Part shown: positions 7,158 through 14,512 of the stretch, piece after piece
Numbering within the stretch: position 1 is the stretch's first letter
Layout: every line of letters begins with the position of its first letter
DNA from: Pyrobaculum sp.
GTDB lineage: Archaea; Thermoproteota; Thermoprotei; Thermoproteales; Thermoproteaceae
Assembly (NCBI GenBank): GCA_046293555.1
Contig: JBKBOT010000025.1
Span: forward strand, 1-21,637
Reading direction: 5' to 3'
DNA length: 21,637 nt
Made by a program: the position numbers and the translations under genes
Notes under the pieces: model-generated
The model's input: only the letters and a program-made list of their open reading frames with translations
Told to the model about the DNA's origin: nothing
The model's database searches: none

Positions 7158-9212
7158 GTGGCTATACGCAGACGCCGTAGGAGGGGGGTTTACGTTGGGA
7201 CAGGTCTGCTCAACATAGATTATGAAGACCCGTATGTCATCACGCAGGCGTACAACTTGGCGAGGCGGCTGTATAAAAGCGGCATACCGCCATACGAAGT
7301 GACTATTTCCGGCATTGTGGACGCTATTTACATACACTTGAGAGGGCTCAAGCCTGTTACCTTACAGCTTGATCGGTACTTCCAGCGGCAGTTCCTCTTG
7401 AGATATATCCAATCTCCGGAGTACAGGGAGGCGTTGAGAAGGGCATTGGGGAACCCAAAGCTTGCTAGAGAATATGCGGCCAAGCTGTTGGCGATGTTTT
7501 ACGGCAGTGAGATACTTCAACGTGTCAAAAAGTGGGCTAGGGGGTTGACGTTAGAGGAATATATAGACAAGGCGGCTAAGCTCGAAAGAGAGCTTAGGGA
7601 GAGGTATTTAGACAGCGATGTAAGTAGCTATCTGGACCTCGCTGTGGAGGCAAAAAGGCTGTATGATAAGCTAGTTGACGTCTGGAGACGTGAGGAGGGT
7701 AGACTAAAATCGTCGCTAGTCAAGCGGTTGGAGGAAGTCGAATTTGACATCGAGAAGACGGGTAGACAAATGGATCGCGAGACTGCTGTGGTATTTCGTT
7801 CTCTCAGTGATGAATTGGGGAAGGCCTTAAGAAAAGTTGAAGCCAATATGTTGAAAATACTTAATGACTTTGATAGAGTTGAGTTTCACATACAACACAG
7901 GGGCCAAAAGTTGATGGATGTGGCTAGGCAGTTGGAGTTTGTATACGAGGTGTTTCCACATGTGAACATTGAGGACATCGTCAATGCGGTCAGCAATGCG
8001 CGTTTTGAAATAGAATATGTTGTCAACGAGCTTGGCGATTACTACAAGAGTTTCGATGAGTACCTAGACATGGTTAATGAGGCGCGTAACCAGTTGGCCA
8101 GACTGAGTGGCGAAAATAGAGAGAGGGTGAGACATCTGGAGGTGGGTCTAGACAAGGTGGAGGAGGCCGTAAGGGGTTTGTCTGAAGAGTTCAAGAAGTT
8201 TGTAGACAAGTACTCAGCCACAGTCAAACACCTCACCTCTGTCGAAGGCAGCATAAGGAGCTCGGCCAAAAGTGGCATAAAGAACATGTCCACGCTTGCC
8301 GCCGGAATTCCGGCAGGCGTCGTAGAGCTTAGGGAGGCGGCTAATGAGGTTGAGAGATTGTACAACATGTTGAAAGACGTACAGAAGGTGGTGGATACAT
8401 ATATAGATGACATATTGGTTGAGTATGGTTACACCAAGGGGTTGTTTACAAAATACTACGAGTTGTTGAAAATGAAGAAGGAATTAGAACGGCAGTTGGA
8501 GTGGTTCAGGGTCACGTCTAACGAAATGTCGAAAGGATCTTTCGAGAAGTCTATCAAGTTGAACGAAGACGTCATGAAGTACGTGGAGAGGATTAGGGAG
8601 GAGTTTGGACCGCGTGCGGCCATGTACGCCGCCACATTTCTGTTGGCAAATACCGTACACCGGCGTGAGCACCATCTAGATAGGTTCAAGGATTTTTTCA
8701 ACTTCGTGGACAACGTCAGTGCGGCAGGCAAGGCCGGCAAGTATTACGTCCTCGTCGACCGCTCTGGATCTGTCATGTATAACACCTACGATGGCGTGAT
8801 ACCTATATCTTGGACAACCGCACTTGCCTACATCTTGTGGAGAGACGTCGGCGATGTGGTAGTCAGATTTTTCGACGAGGTGGTCCACCCGCCTGTGGGG
8901 GACAAACAAGAATTCATAAAGTACATGTTACCGCCGACGTCCAGCAACATCGATATCATCAAGGCGCTGAGGGTGGCGTTAAACGAGGCATCGAGGGATC
9001 GAACGCTTGTGGTAGTTATGGACAGTTACGGCATGGAGCAACTGAGGAAAAACATGAAAACGGCAAAACCCCTCCTAAAGTTAGTGAGGAAGTACTTCAA
9101 AGACGTGAAGTTCGTAGTAATGTCGGAAACCTACAAGAGGGGCAAACGGGTCTTCATGATAGACAAACTGTCTGACGTCAACAAGCTGAGGGGGGTGGTG
9201 GAGTGGCTCTAG
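7158..9212 (+). CDS. Coiled-coil protein with partly degenerate C-terminal vWA domain (684 aa)
   Basis: Corrected start GTG gives MAIRRRRRRGV. LLNIDYEDPY block and YYVLVDRSGS...ISW.TAL.Y...VRFFD..VH.P are shared with 14509..17226. The GGT loop is replaced by TSSNI. Confidence 0.85.
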   Translation: MAIRRRRRRGVYVGTGLLNIDYEDPYVITQAYNLARRLYKSGIPPYEVTISGIVDAIYIHLRGLKPVTLQLDRYFQRQFLLRYIQSPEYREALRRALGNPKLAREYAAKLLAMFYGSEILQRVKKWARGLTLEEYIDKAAKLERELRERYLDSDVSSYLDLAVEAKRLYDKLVDVWRREEGRLKSSLVKRLEEVEFDIEKTGRQMDRETAVVFRSLSDELGKALRKVEANMLKILNDFDRVEFHIQHRGQKLMDVARQLEFVYEVFPHVNIEDIVNAVSNARFEIEYVVNELGDYYKSFDEYLDMVNEARNQLARLSGENRERVRHLEVGLDKVEEAVRGLSEEFKKFVDKYSATVKHLTSVEGSIRSSAKSGIKNMSTLAAGIPAGVVELREAANEVERLYNMLKDVQKVVDTYIDDILVEYGYTKGLFTKYYELLKMKKELERQLEWFRVTSNEMSKGSFEKSIKLNEDVMKYVERIREEFGPRAAMYAATFLLANTVHRREHHLDRFKDFFNFVDNVSAAGKAGKYYVLVDRSGSVMYNTYDGVIPISWTTALAYILWRDVGDVVVRFFDEVVHPPVGDKQEFIKYMLPPTSSNIDIIKALRVALNEASRDRTLVVVMDSYGMEQLRKNMKTAKPLLKLVRKYFKDVKFVVMSETYKRGKRVFMIDKLSDVNKLRGVVEWL

Positions 9213-9257
9213 CGTCGATGCCAAACGGCCGACATGCGGCGGCGTTGTTACAACCAT

Positions 9258-9282
9258 TTTCTTGAAAATTTTCAATAAATTT
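9258..9282. repeat. 25-bp palindromic direct repeat, copy 1
   Basis: TTTCTTGAAAATTTTCAATAAATTT, with the perfect palindrome TTGAAAATTTTCAA (9262-9275); 24/25 identical to 11969-11993. Confidence 0.75.
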
Positions 9283-9333
9283 TCTGGCGTTTTGTGCCTC
9301 GATTGGCCGCGCCATGTAACATCCGCCCCGCAG

Positions 9334-9346
9334 TGACGTATATATA
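9334..9346 (+). promoter_or_regulatory. TGAYG-TATA promoter copy (no start at +32)
   Basis: TGACGTATATATA; the nearest in-frame start beyond +32 is TTG at +36 (9370), or ATG 9406. Confidence 0.7.
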
Positions 9347-9369
9347 CTGATGTGCTGGTGGGGGCAATT

Positions 9370-9789
9370 TTGAAGTCCATTAGGGAGGAGCCCAGCCTCA
9401 AGACCATGAGGGAGGAGGTTGACGACTGGTGGAGGGAGATTGTGGAGATGCTAGCCGCTTTTATGAAACTTGACTCAAATAGGTATTGTGTAGACTATAT
9501 GAGTTTTAACGAGGAACGGCTGAAGCTCGGCGGGAGGTTTGTGGCGTATGATGAACGGAGTGGACGTCCGTGGTTTGAGCTACGTCTCGACCTGTACGCA
9601 CATCGGCCGGAGATGTCGTATATGACCATCACCATAACGGACGTCGACGGGGGGCGTTATACATACAAGCTAAACTTGGCCACGGGCGAGGGGGCTGAGA
9701 AGGTCGAGGGGGGAGCGCCTATGGTCGCAGATCGGGTCAGGGGGGCAGGTCGAGGGAGGTCAGTCAAGAGAAGGGCGCTGGGGGGCTGA
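9370..9789 (+). CDS. Hypothetical protein (~139 aa; start uncertain)
   Basis: ORF downstream of the motif; G-rich, low-complexity C-terminal tail. Confidence 0.65.
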   Translation: MKSIREEPSLKTMREEVDDWWREIVEMLAAFMKLDSNRYCVDYMSFNEERLKLGGRFVAYDERSGRPWFELRLDLYAHRPEMSYMTITITDVDGGRYTYKLNLATGEGAEKVEGGAPMVADRVRGAGRGRSVKRRALGG

Positions 9790-9915
9790 GAGGTTATATG
9801 TCGTTGGCTGGGCGGATGCGTAGCGGGGGACTGGCGAGGGGGAAGCCCCTAGCCTAGGGACGGACGGAATTATTTATATTCGTTGCCTTTTTTAGGATCC
9901 TCCATACCACATCCT

Positions 9916-10365
9916 ATGGAATGGAAGACGATCTGGAAGGACGGCAGGTTCGAGCTGTATGCTGCAGCCAGTGAGAAAGAAGTTCACATATGTTATAAGG
10001 AGACGTTTGGCATCGTTTTTGCCGAAAGATGTATTGCCGCCGGGCATGAATATATCGAGTACTATGCGGCACAAGGCCGTCCATCTGACCAAAATCTCAC
10101 ATCGCTTATATCTGTCAAACTGCCGCAAGACATGTTTGAACATATATTTAAGTGGCTAAAAAGTGTAGACACGCCGGAGAAGTTCAACGAATTTGTACAA
10201 GTATTAAAGAAAGTGAGCGACAGCTATCGGGCAATGATAGAGGAGGCGATCAGGGGTATTGTAAACGAGCTTGTGGAGGTGGACAAGCGGCAACGTCTGT
10301 TGAAGAGGTTGACAGACGGCGAGGTGAGGAGGCGCGTGGCTGAGGTTCTCCCGCAGCTGGTCTAA
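9916..10365 (+). CDS. Hypothetical protein (149 aa)
   Basis: ATG 9916 in track ORF 9883..10365; TTATTTATA upstream; T-run after the stop. Confidence 0.75.
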   Translation: MEWKTIWKDGRFELYAAASEKEVHICYKETFGIVFAERCIAAGHEYIEYYAAQGRPSDQNLTSLISVKLPQDMFEHIFKWLKSVDTPEKFNEFVQVLKKVSDSYRAMIEEAIRGIVNELVEVDKRQRLLKRLTDGEVRRRVAEVLPQLV

Positions 10366-10409
10366 CTTTTTTCTCTCTAGGTTTTTTATACACACACAGT
10401 CTTTTGGAC

Positions 10410-11519
10410 ATGGGCTGGCTTGAAGATGTAATAAAGGCCAGGGAGATGATCGAGCGCGGCCGCTTTAGCGTAGTCACCCACGGCGGCATTGCCCACATGG
10501 ACGACCTGCTCGCCTCTGCGCTTCTGTACGGCCGTGCGTCTGTATACAGGCTGAACACGTACGAGCAGGTTGTAAATATTGCCGGCGATGTGTTGCTTGT
10601 CGATTTTGGCGACGGCTTTAGGGACAAGCTGCCCGCCGAACGCTTTGTCGTGCTTGACCACCACGGCTCTTCGGACGAGCCGTCGTCCATAGTGCAGGTG
10701 GCTACAGCGCTTGGCGTCACCCCATCGCCGGCGGTGGCCACCTTGACGCATTTCGTAGATCTGTTCGACCGGTTTGGCCCCTCTGTGAAGAAGGTGGCTG
10801 GACACTACGGCAACTCTCTCAACCACGGCTTGACGCGGATTTTCAGCAGCTTCGCCGGCGCGGTGAGAGATCGCTTCATGGAGCTTGTGACTGAGGCATA
10901 TCTCTCCAAGACGGACGTGAGTTTAGACGCCCTTTTTAACGCCTTAAAGATCGCCGAGAGGCTGCAGTTTACCAAACTTGCCGAGCACTTCCCGAGGACT
11001 TTCGCCCAGCTTAGACTCATGCTGCAAGCGGCGGGGAACCCCTCTGTGGCTCTGTCAAAAGAGGCCGTCGATACGGGCTTTGGCGTGGACTTCGGCTGTT
11101 ATGCCGTCTTGGCGGTGCCGGAGCTGGAGCGCTACGTCCTCCAAGGCCTTGAGCAATATTTCGAAGAGGCGAAAAGGGCGGCCGAGACTGTGTTGTACAT
11201 GCGGTACTCCATGGTGAAGAAGGCGGGCAGAGACGTCGTCGCGATTGTTGTCGATGAGCCGATGTCGCCAACGATGCTGTGGAACGCACTGAAAGATCTG
11301 GGCATGGCGGAGGGCCCCACATTCATCGTGATGAAAGACGTCAGGACGCCCGGCGGCTACACCGTCTGGAGGCCGCAGGAATACGCAGAGGTGATAGACT
11401 TCCGCAAGCTGTCCGGTGAAAACGTCGTCTTTAAACACGCCGGCGGCTTCCTCGCCGTGGTTAAAGCCAAAGACGGCCAAGACGCCGCAATATCTGTCTT
11501 AAAACAGTTGTTGGAATAA
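10410..11519 (+). CDS. MYG1/UPF0160-like DHH-superfamily nuclease or phosphoesterase (369 aa)
   Basis: VVTHGGIAHMDDLLA, LVDFG, VLDHH and C-terminal VVFKHAGGFLAVV match MYG1-family motifs; TTTTTATA begins 27 nt before ATG 10410. Confidence 0.75.
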   Translation: MGWLEDVIKAREMIERGRFSVVTHGGIAHMDDLLASALLYGRASVYRLNTYEQVVNIAGDVLLVDFGDGFRDKLPAERFVVLDHHGSSDEPSSIVQVATALGVTPSPAVATLTHFVDLFDRFGPSVKKVAGHYGNSLNHGLTRIFSSFAGAVRDRFMELVTEAYLSKTDVSLDALFNALKIAERLQFTKLAEHFPRTFAQLRLMLQAAGNPSVALSKEAVDTGFGVDFGCYAVLAVPELERYVLQGLEQYFEEAKRAAETVLYMRYSMVKKAGRDVVAIVVDEPMSPTMLWNALKDLGMAEGPTFIVMKDVRTPGGYTVWRPQEYAEVIDFRKLSGENVVFKHAGGFLAVVKAKDGQDAAISVLKQLLE

Positions 11520-11529
11520 ATTCGGTTTT

Positions 11530-11967
11530 TTATATAAAATCACGTTTTATCAGTTTGCATTCCGCTATGTCTATATCACACTGTCCCCCTTCTGATAGCT
11601 TTATGAGCGTTTCTCCAACGTCTCTTAACTTCTGTCGTACGTCTGGGTCTAAGTCTCGGTATGCATGTTCACAACAGAACAACATCGCCAACGCTTTCGT
11701 GTAGTATAGAAGCCTTTCGAGGGGGCTGTCTAAAAACAACGGATAGCCCACTAGAGTGAAGTCGTGGATCCTAGTGACGTAATCATACCATTGTGGTCCC
11801 AAATAGCATATGTAGCTTTTCTTAACTGCCCTATCGTAATGCACTATGTAATAATACGTTTTTCCGCCTATATCACGTGAGTGTAAATAACCGTCTTTAC
11901 CACATCGTGGACATCTCACAGATGGGGCTGATGGCGGACGCCCCCTTTTGTTCTTCCCTTCCTCCAT
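11530..11967 (-). CDS. Zn-ribbon putative DNA-binding protein of crenarchaeal mobile elements (145 aa)
   Basis: KRGRPP (AT-hook-like), CPRC, GKTYYYIVH...CYLGP; the YY...YxGP pattern resembles the SSV1 D-335 integrase N-terminal module. Confidence 0.65.
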   Translation of the reverse strand: MEEGKNKRGRPPSAPSVRCPRCGKDGYLHSRDIGGKTYYYIVHYDRAVKKSYICYLGPQWYDYVTRIHDFTLVGYPLFLDSPLERLLYYTKALAMLFCCEHAYRDLDPDVRQKLRDVGETLIKLSEGGQCDIDIAECKLIKRDFI

Positions 11968-11968
11968 A

Positions 11969-11993
11969 TTTCTTGAAAAATTTCAATAAATTT
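11969..11993. repeat. 25-bp palindromic direct repeat, copy 2; operator position
   Basis: TTTCTTGAAAAATTTCAATAAATTT runs from the TATA-like TTTAAATT (partly overlapped) to the ATG (11967) of the Zn-ribbon gene. Confidence 0.75.
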
Positions 11994-12047
11994 AAAGCCA
12001 GCGAATAAAAACAACGAACGTTTATATCCTCGTGTCATTTACTTTTC

Positions 12048-12512
12048 ATGTTGTCACGCGGGTTTGCATATGGCGCTTTATCTGGCGTTATTGTCGGATC
12101 GCTTTTAGCCTTGCTTACGTACATGTATATGGTCACGTATGAGGAACAGTTCAAGGCTGAGTTATACCGAAAGTACGTAGGCGTCGAGGTTATAGATGTC
12201 ATAGATCTAATTGGAGTTTTGACAAAAGTTATGACAGTTGTAACCCCCATACTTTCGTTCCTAGTGGCATTAGCGTTCAACATGACTTTAAGCATGCTTA
12301 TAGTATACTTCTGGAAATTTGTCAAACCTTGGCATCGTCTTGGCCTTCTGGTTGGCGTGTTGTTTTCTATTGTGTTTATTATCGGTATATGGATAGAGCT
12401 ACCAATGACAAAAATTACCGTACTTGAATACATATGGGTTTTGTTGTTAACTTTCGCCAGCCCCCTTCTAATCGCTTGGTTTTTAAACAGAGAGGCCACA
12501 CGGAGTTGTTAA
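12048..12512 (+). CDS. Integral membrane protein, about 4 TM helices (154 aa)
   Basis: Four long hydrophobic segments; TTTATAT about 27 nt upstream. Confidence 0.8.
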   Translation: MLSRGFAYGALSGVIVGSLLALLTYMYMVTYEEQFKAELYRKYVGVEVIDVIDLIGVLTKVMTVVTPILSFLVALAFNMTLSMLIVYFWKFVKPWHRLGLLVGVLFSIVFIIGIWIELPMTKITVLEYIWVLLLTFASPLLIAWFLNREATRSC

Positions 12513-12558
12513 TTAGTTTCCCCTCGTTTGTTATTTATAACTACACTTTTTGTAACAC

Positions 12559-13614
12559 ATGAGGCTTGTGGTTAAGAACTTCGGCCCTATCGTAGAGGCC
12601 GACATAGAGGTTTCGCCGTTTGCCCTCTTTGTCGGCGAGAGCGGCTCTGGTAAATCCATAACGGCTAGGCTTCTATATGCAATACGCAACATTTTTGGCG
12701 ATGCGGTACGTGACCTATATGTCAGAGGCGCTGAAAAGTCTGTCGATGAGGTGGTAAACAAGCTCAACTTCGCTGAAGCGTTTAAGATGTATCTCGGCAT
12801 GGTGCCAAGAGGCGGCTATATGGAGTATCAAGATAACGATGTGAGTTTAACAATACGTATCGATGGTAACGTTAAGGTGGAGAGGCTCGAGCTGTCCGAC
12901 AGCTACAGACAGCGTATAGAGGCCGCGAGGGATGTAGAAAAAGGCTTACACCTCTTTACTGCATTCTGTATGCCTGCAGGCAGGAGCGGCCTTGTGGACA
13001 GCTTCCCGCTTTGGAACTTCACAAATAAACGCTTGTTGGAAATAGACGTAAAGCTAACCACGATAATTCCAGTATCTATGTGCGTCAAGATGTTTTATCA
13101 CGCCTTAGAGCTATTAAGAAACGAGCAAGGGCCTCTGGCCAGCGTTGTAGAGCCGTTTGAGGAAATCCTAGGCGGCAGAGTCGTTATGACGAAAAATGGA
13201 ATTGTGTATAACGGCATTGAGATCAGATATGCGCCCACGTATGTGAAAGAGTTCGCGCCTATCTATATGATCACAAGAGAGCTTTTGAAGCCAGGCGACT
13301 TTGTGGCAATAGAGGGGCCAAGCGCGAACATGCACCCAGAGGTGCAAGCGGTGATGGCAGACTTCCTCACAAAGCTTGCGGAGGCAGGCGTGTATCTCGT
13401 AGTAGAGGCACAAGATGAGGCCTTCCTCTGGAGGATTTCCAATTTGGCAAAACTGGGCAGGTTGAAACTAAACGCGTATTTATTCAAGCGCGGAAGGCCT
13501 GTAGAGAGGCTTAAGGAGTTAAACGGCATACCGACGTACAACGAGGTGTTTAACAAGCTTTACGACGAATATGTGAAGGCGTCGTATTCATCGCGACGAC
13601 GTGGGGGACAGTAG
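12559..13614 (+). CDS. ABC-superfamily (AAA_15/AAA_21-type) ATPase with degenerate motifs (351 aa)
   Basis: MRLVVKNFGPI start; Walker A GESGSGKS; MPAGRSGL; Walker B region FVAIEGPSANMHPEVQ; H-loop position VVEAQDE. Confidence 0.8.
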   Translation: MRLVVKNFGPIVEADIEVSPFALFVGESGSGKSITARLLYAIRNIFGDAVRDLYVRGAEKSVDEVVNKLNFAEAFKMYLGMVPRGGYMEYQDNDVSLTIRIDGNVKVERLELSDSYRQRIEAARDVEKGLHLFTAFCMPAGRSGLVDSFPLWNFTNKRLLEIDVKLTTIIPVSMCVKMFYHALELLRNEQGPLASVVEPFEEILGGRVVMTKNGIVYNGIEIRYAPTYVKEFAPIYMITRELLKPGDFVAIEGPSANMHPEVQAVMADFLTKLAEAGVYLVVEAQDEAFLWRISNLAKLGRLKLNAYLFKRGRPVERLKELNGIPTYNEVFNKLYDEYVKASYSSRRRGGQ

Positions 13615-13935
13615 CCTTTCCGCAAACCTCACTAAGTTTTCTACGTGTTGTGCTAATTTTTTCACGCGTCTTGATTCCAACTTGCCCTCCATATAGCCTA
13701 AGTCGTATAGCGTTGTAGCTGCGTTCCAACAAACGGCGATAAACTCGCCGTATCTTTTCGTCAACATGGTTACAGCCATACCGAAGTCCATATTGCCATC
13801 TCTCAGTTGTGTTGTGGCGATCGCCCTCACGGCCTCTTCTGCCGCCTTGTATAGTTTTAACGACGCGATAACTGGACTCTTATCAATAAGCGTAATGCCC
13901 TCCTCTAGGGTCGCCCTTGCTTTTTGTAATGACAT
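13588..13935 (-). CDS. PaREP1-family (HEPN-fold) protein (115 aa)
   Basis: ASLKLYKAAEEAVRAIA and WNAATTLYDLGYMEGKL follow the PaREP1 pattern ASEK.YKAAEE.VKALA / W..A..LH..GF.E. Confidence 0.75.
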   Translation of the reverse strand: MSLQKARATLEEGITLIDKSPVIASLKLYKAAEEAVRAIATTQLRDGNMDFGMAVTMLTKRYGEFIAVCWNAATTLYDLGYMEGKLESRRVKKLAQHVENLVRFAERLLSPTSSR

Positions 13936-13979
13936 TTGTTTTCGTCGTTGATGTTATATATTTATACGTTATTTGCTCT

Positions 13980-14261
13980 ATGCGGGAAGTATTAGAGGAG
14001 ATAAGGGAAAACATAGTCTCTGTCCTATCCACACTACGTAAGTCAGATGGCATTTATGCAGACGTTGTGGCAACCGTAATAAATAAACTGTTCGAAACGG
14101 CGTATATCTCTGGCGAACGTATGTACCTTAAAGTAGCTGCAGACCTCTTAAAGGCTTATGACGCTTTGCCTGTAGCGTATGTACATAAGTCTAAATTGTG
14201 TAAAGTGGAGGAGTTATGTAAACACGCGGCAAGACTTGAGGTAACCATATGGGCGACGTAA
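13980..14261 (+). CDS. Hypothetical protein (93 aa)
   Basis: ATG 13980 downstream of TTATATATTTATA (13954-13966), which is shared with the divergent PaREP1 gene. Confidence 0.7.
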   Translation: MREVLEEIRENIVSVLSTLRKSDGIYADVVATVINKLFETAYISGERMYLKVAADLLKAYDALPVAYVHKSKLCKVEELCKHAARLEVTIWAT

Positions 14262-14512
14262 AGAGGCGAGCGAGGTCGAAACAGATTAATATTACTGAAA
14301 TACATTTCGATACTGAGTACATATGTCCTACATGCGGCGAGCCGTTAGTATTCTTCGAGGATCAAGGCGTGTTTTTCGGCTGTAAGAATTGCGAAAAGTT
14401 CATAAGAATAAAATATAGTGAAATATGGCGGAATTTCGTCAGAGGGAAAAAGCTCAAATGGGACAAGCTGATGAGAGAGTTATACTTACGTTATATCGAC
14501 GACGAGGGCTAG
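14249..14512 (+). CDS. Small C4 Zn-ribbon protein (87 aa)
   Basis: CPTCGEPL...FGCKNC; overlaps the upstream stop; basic N-terminus MGDVKRRARSK. Confidence 0.75.
   Translation: MGDVKRRARSKQINITEIHFDTEYICPTCGEPLVFFEDQGVFFGCKNCEKFIRIKYSEIWRNFVRGKKLKWDKLMRELYLRYIDDEG

Noticed and set aside
11774-11784. GTGACGTAATC, and TGACGTTTAAG (5479) and TGACGTATTGC (19146, 20823), as further promoter copies
   Set aside because: They do not fit the TATA part of the consensus and are not positioned before a gene start at +32.
6628-11967. Split SSV-type integrase (int-N at 11530..11967 plus int-C at 6628..7128)
   Set aside because: Opposite strands, each gene has its own promoter and complete ORF, and no tRNA-derived att repeat was seen.
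12559-13614. ATPase as the MoxR partner of the vWA proteins
   Set aside because: Its motifs are ABC-type, not AAA+ MoxR.
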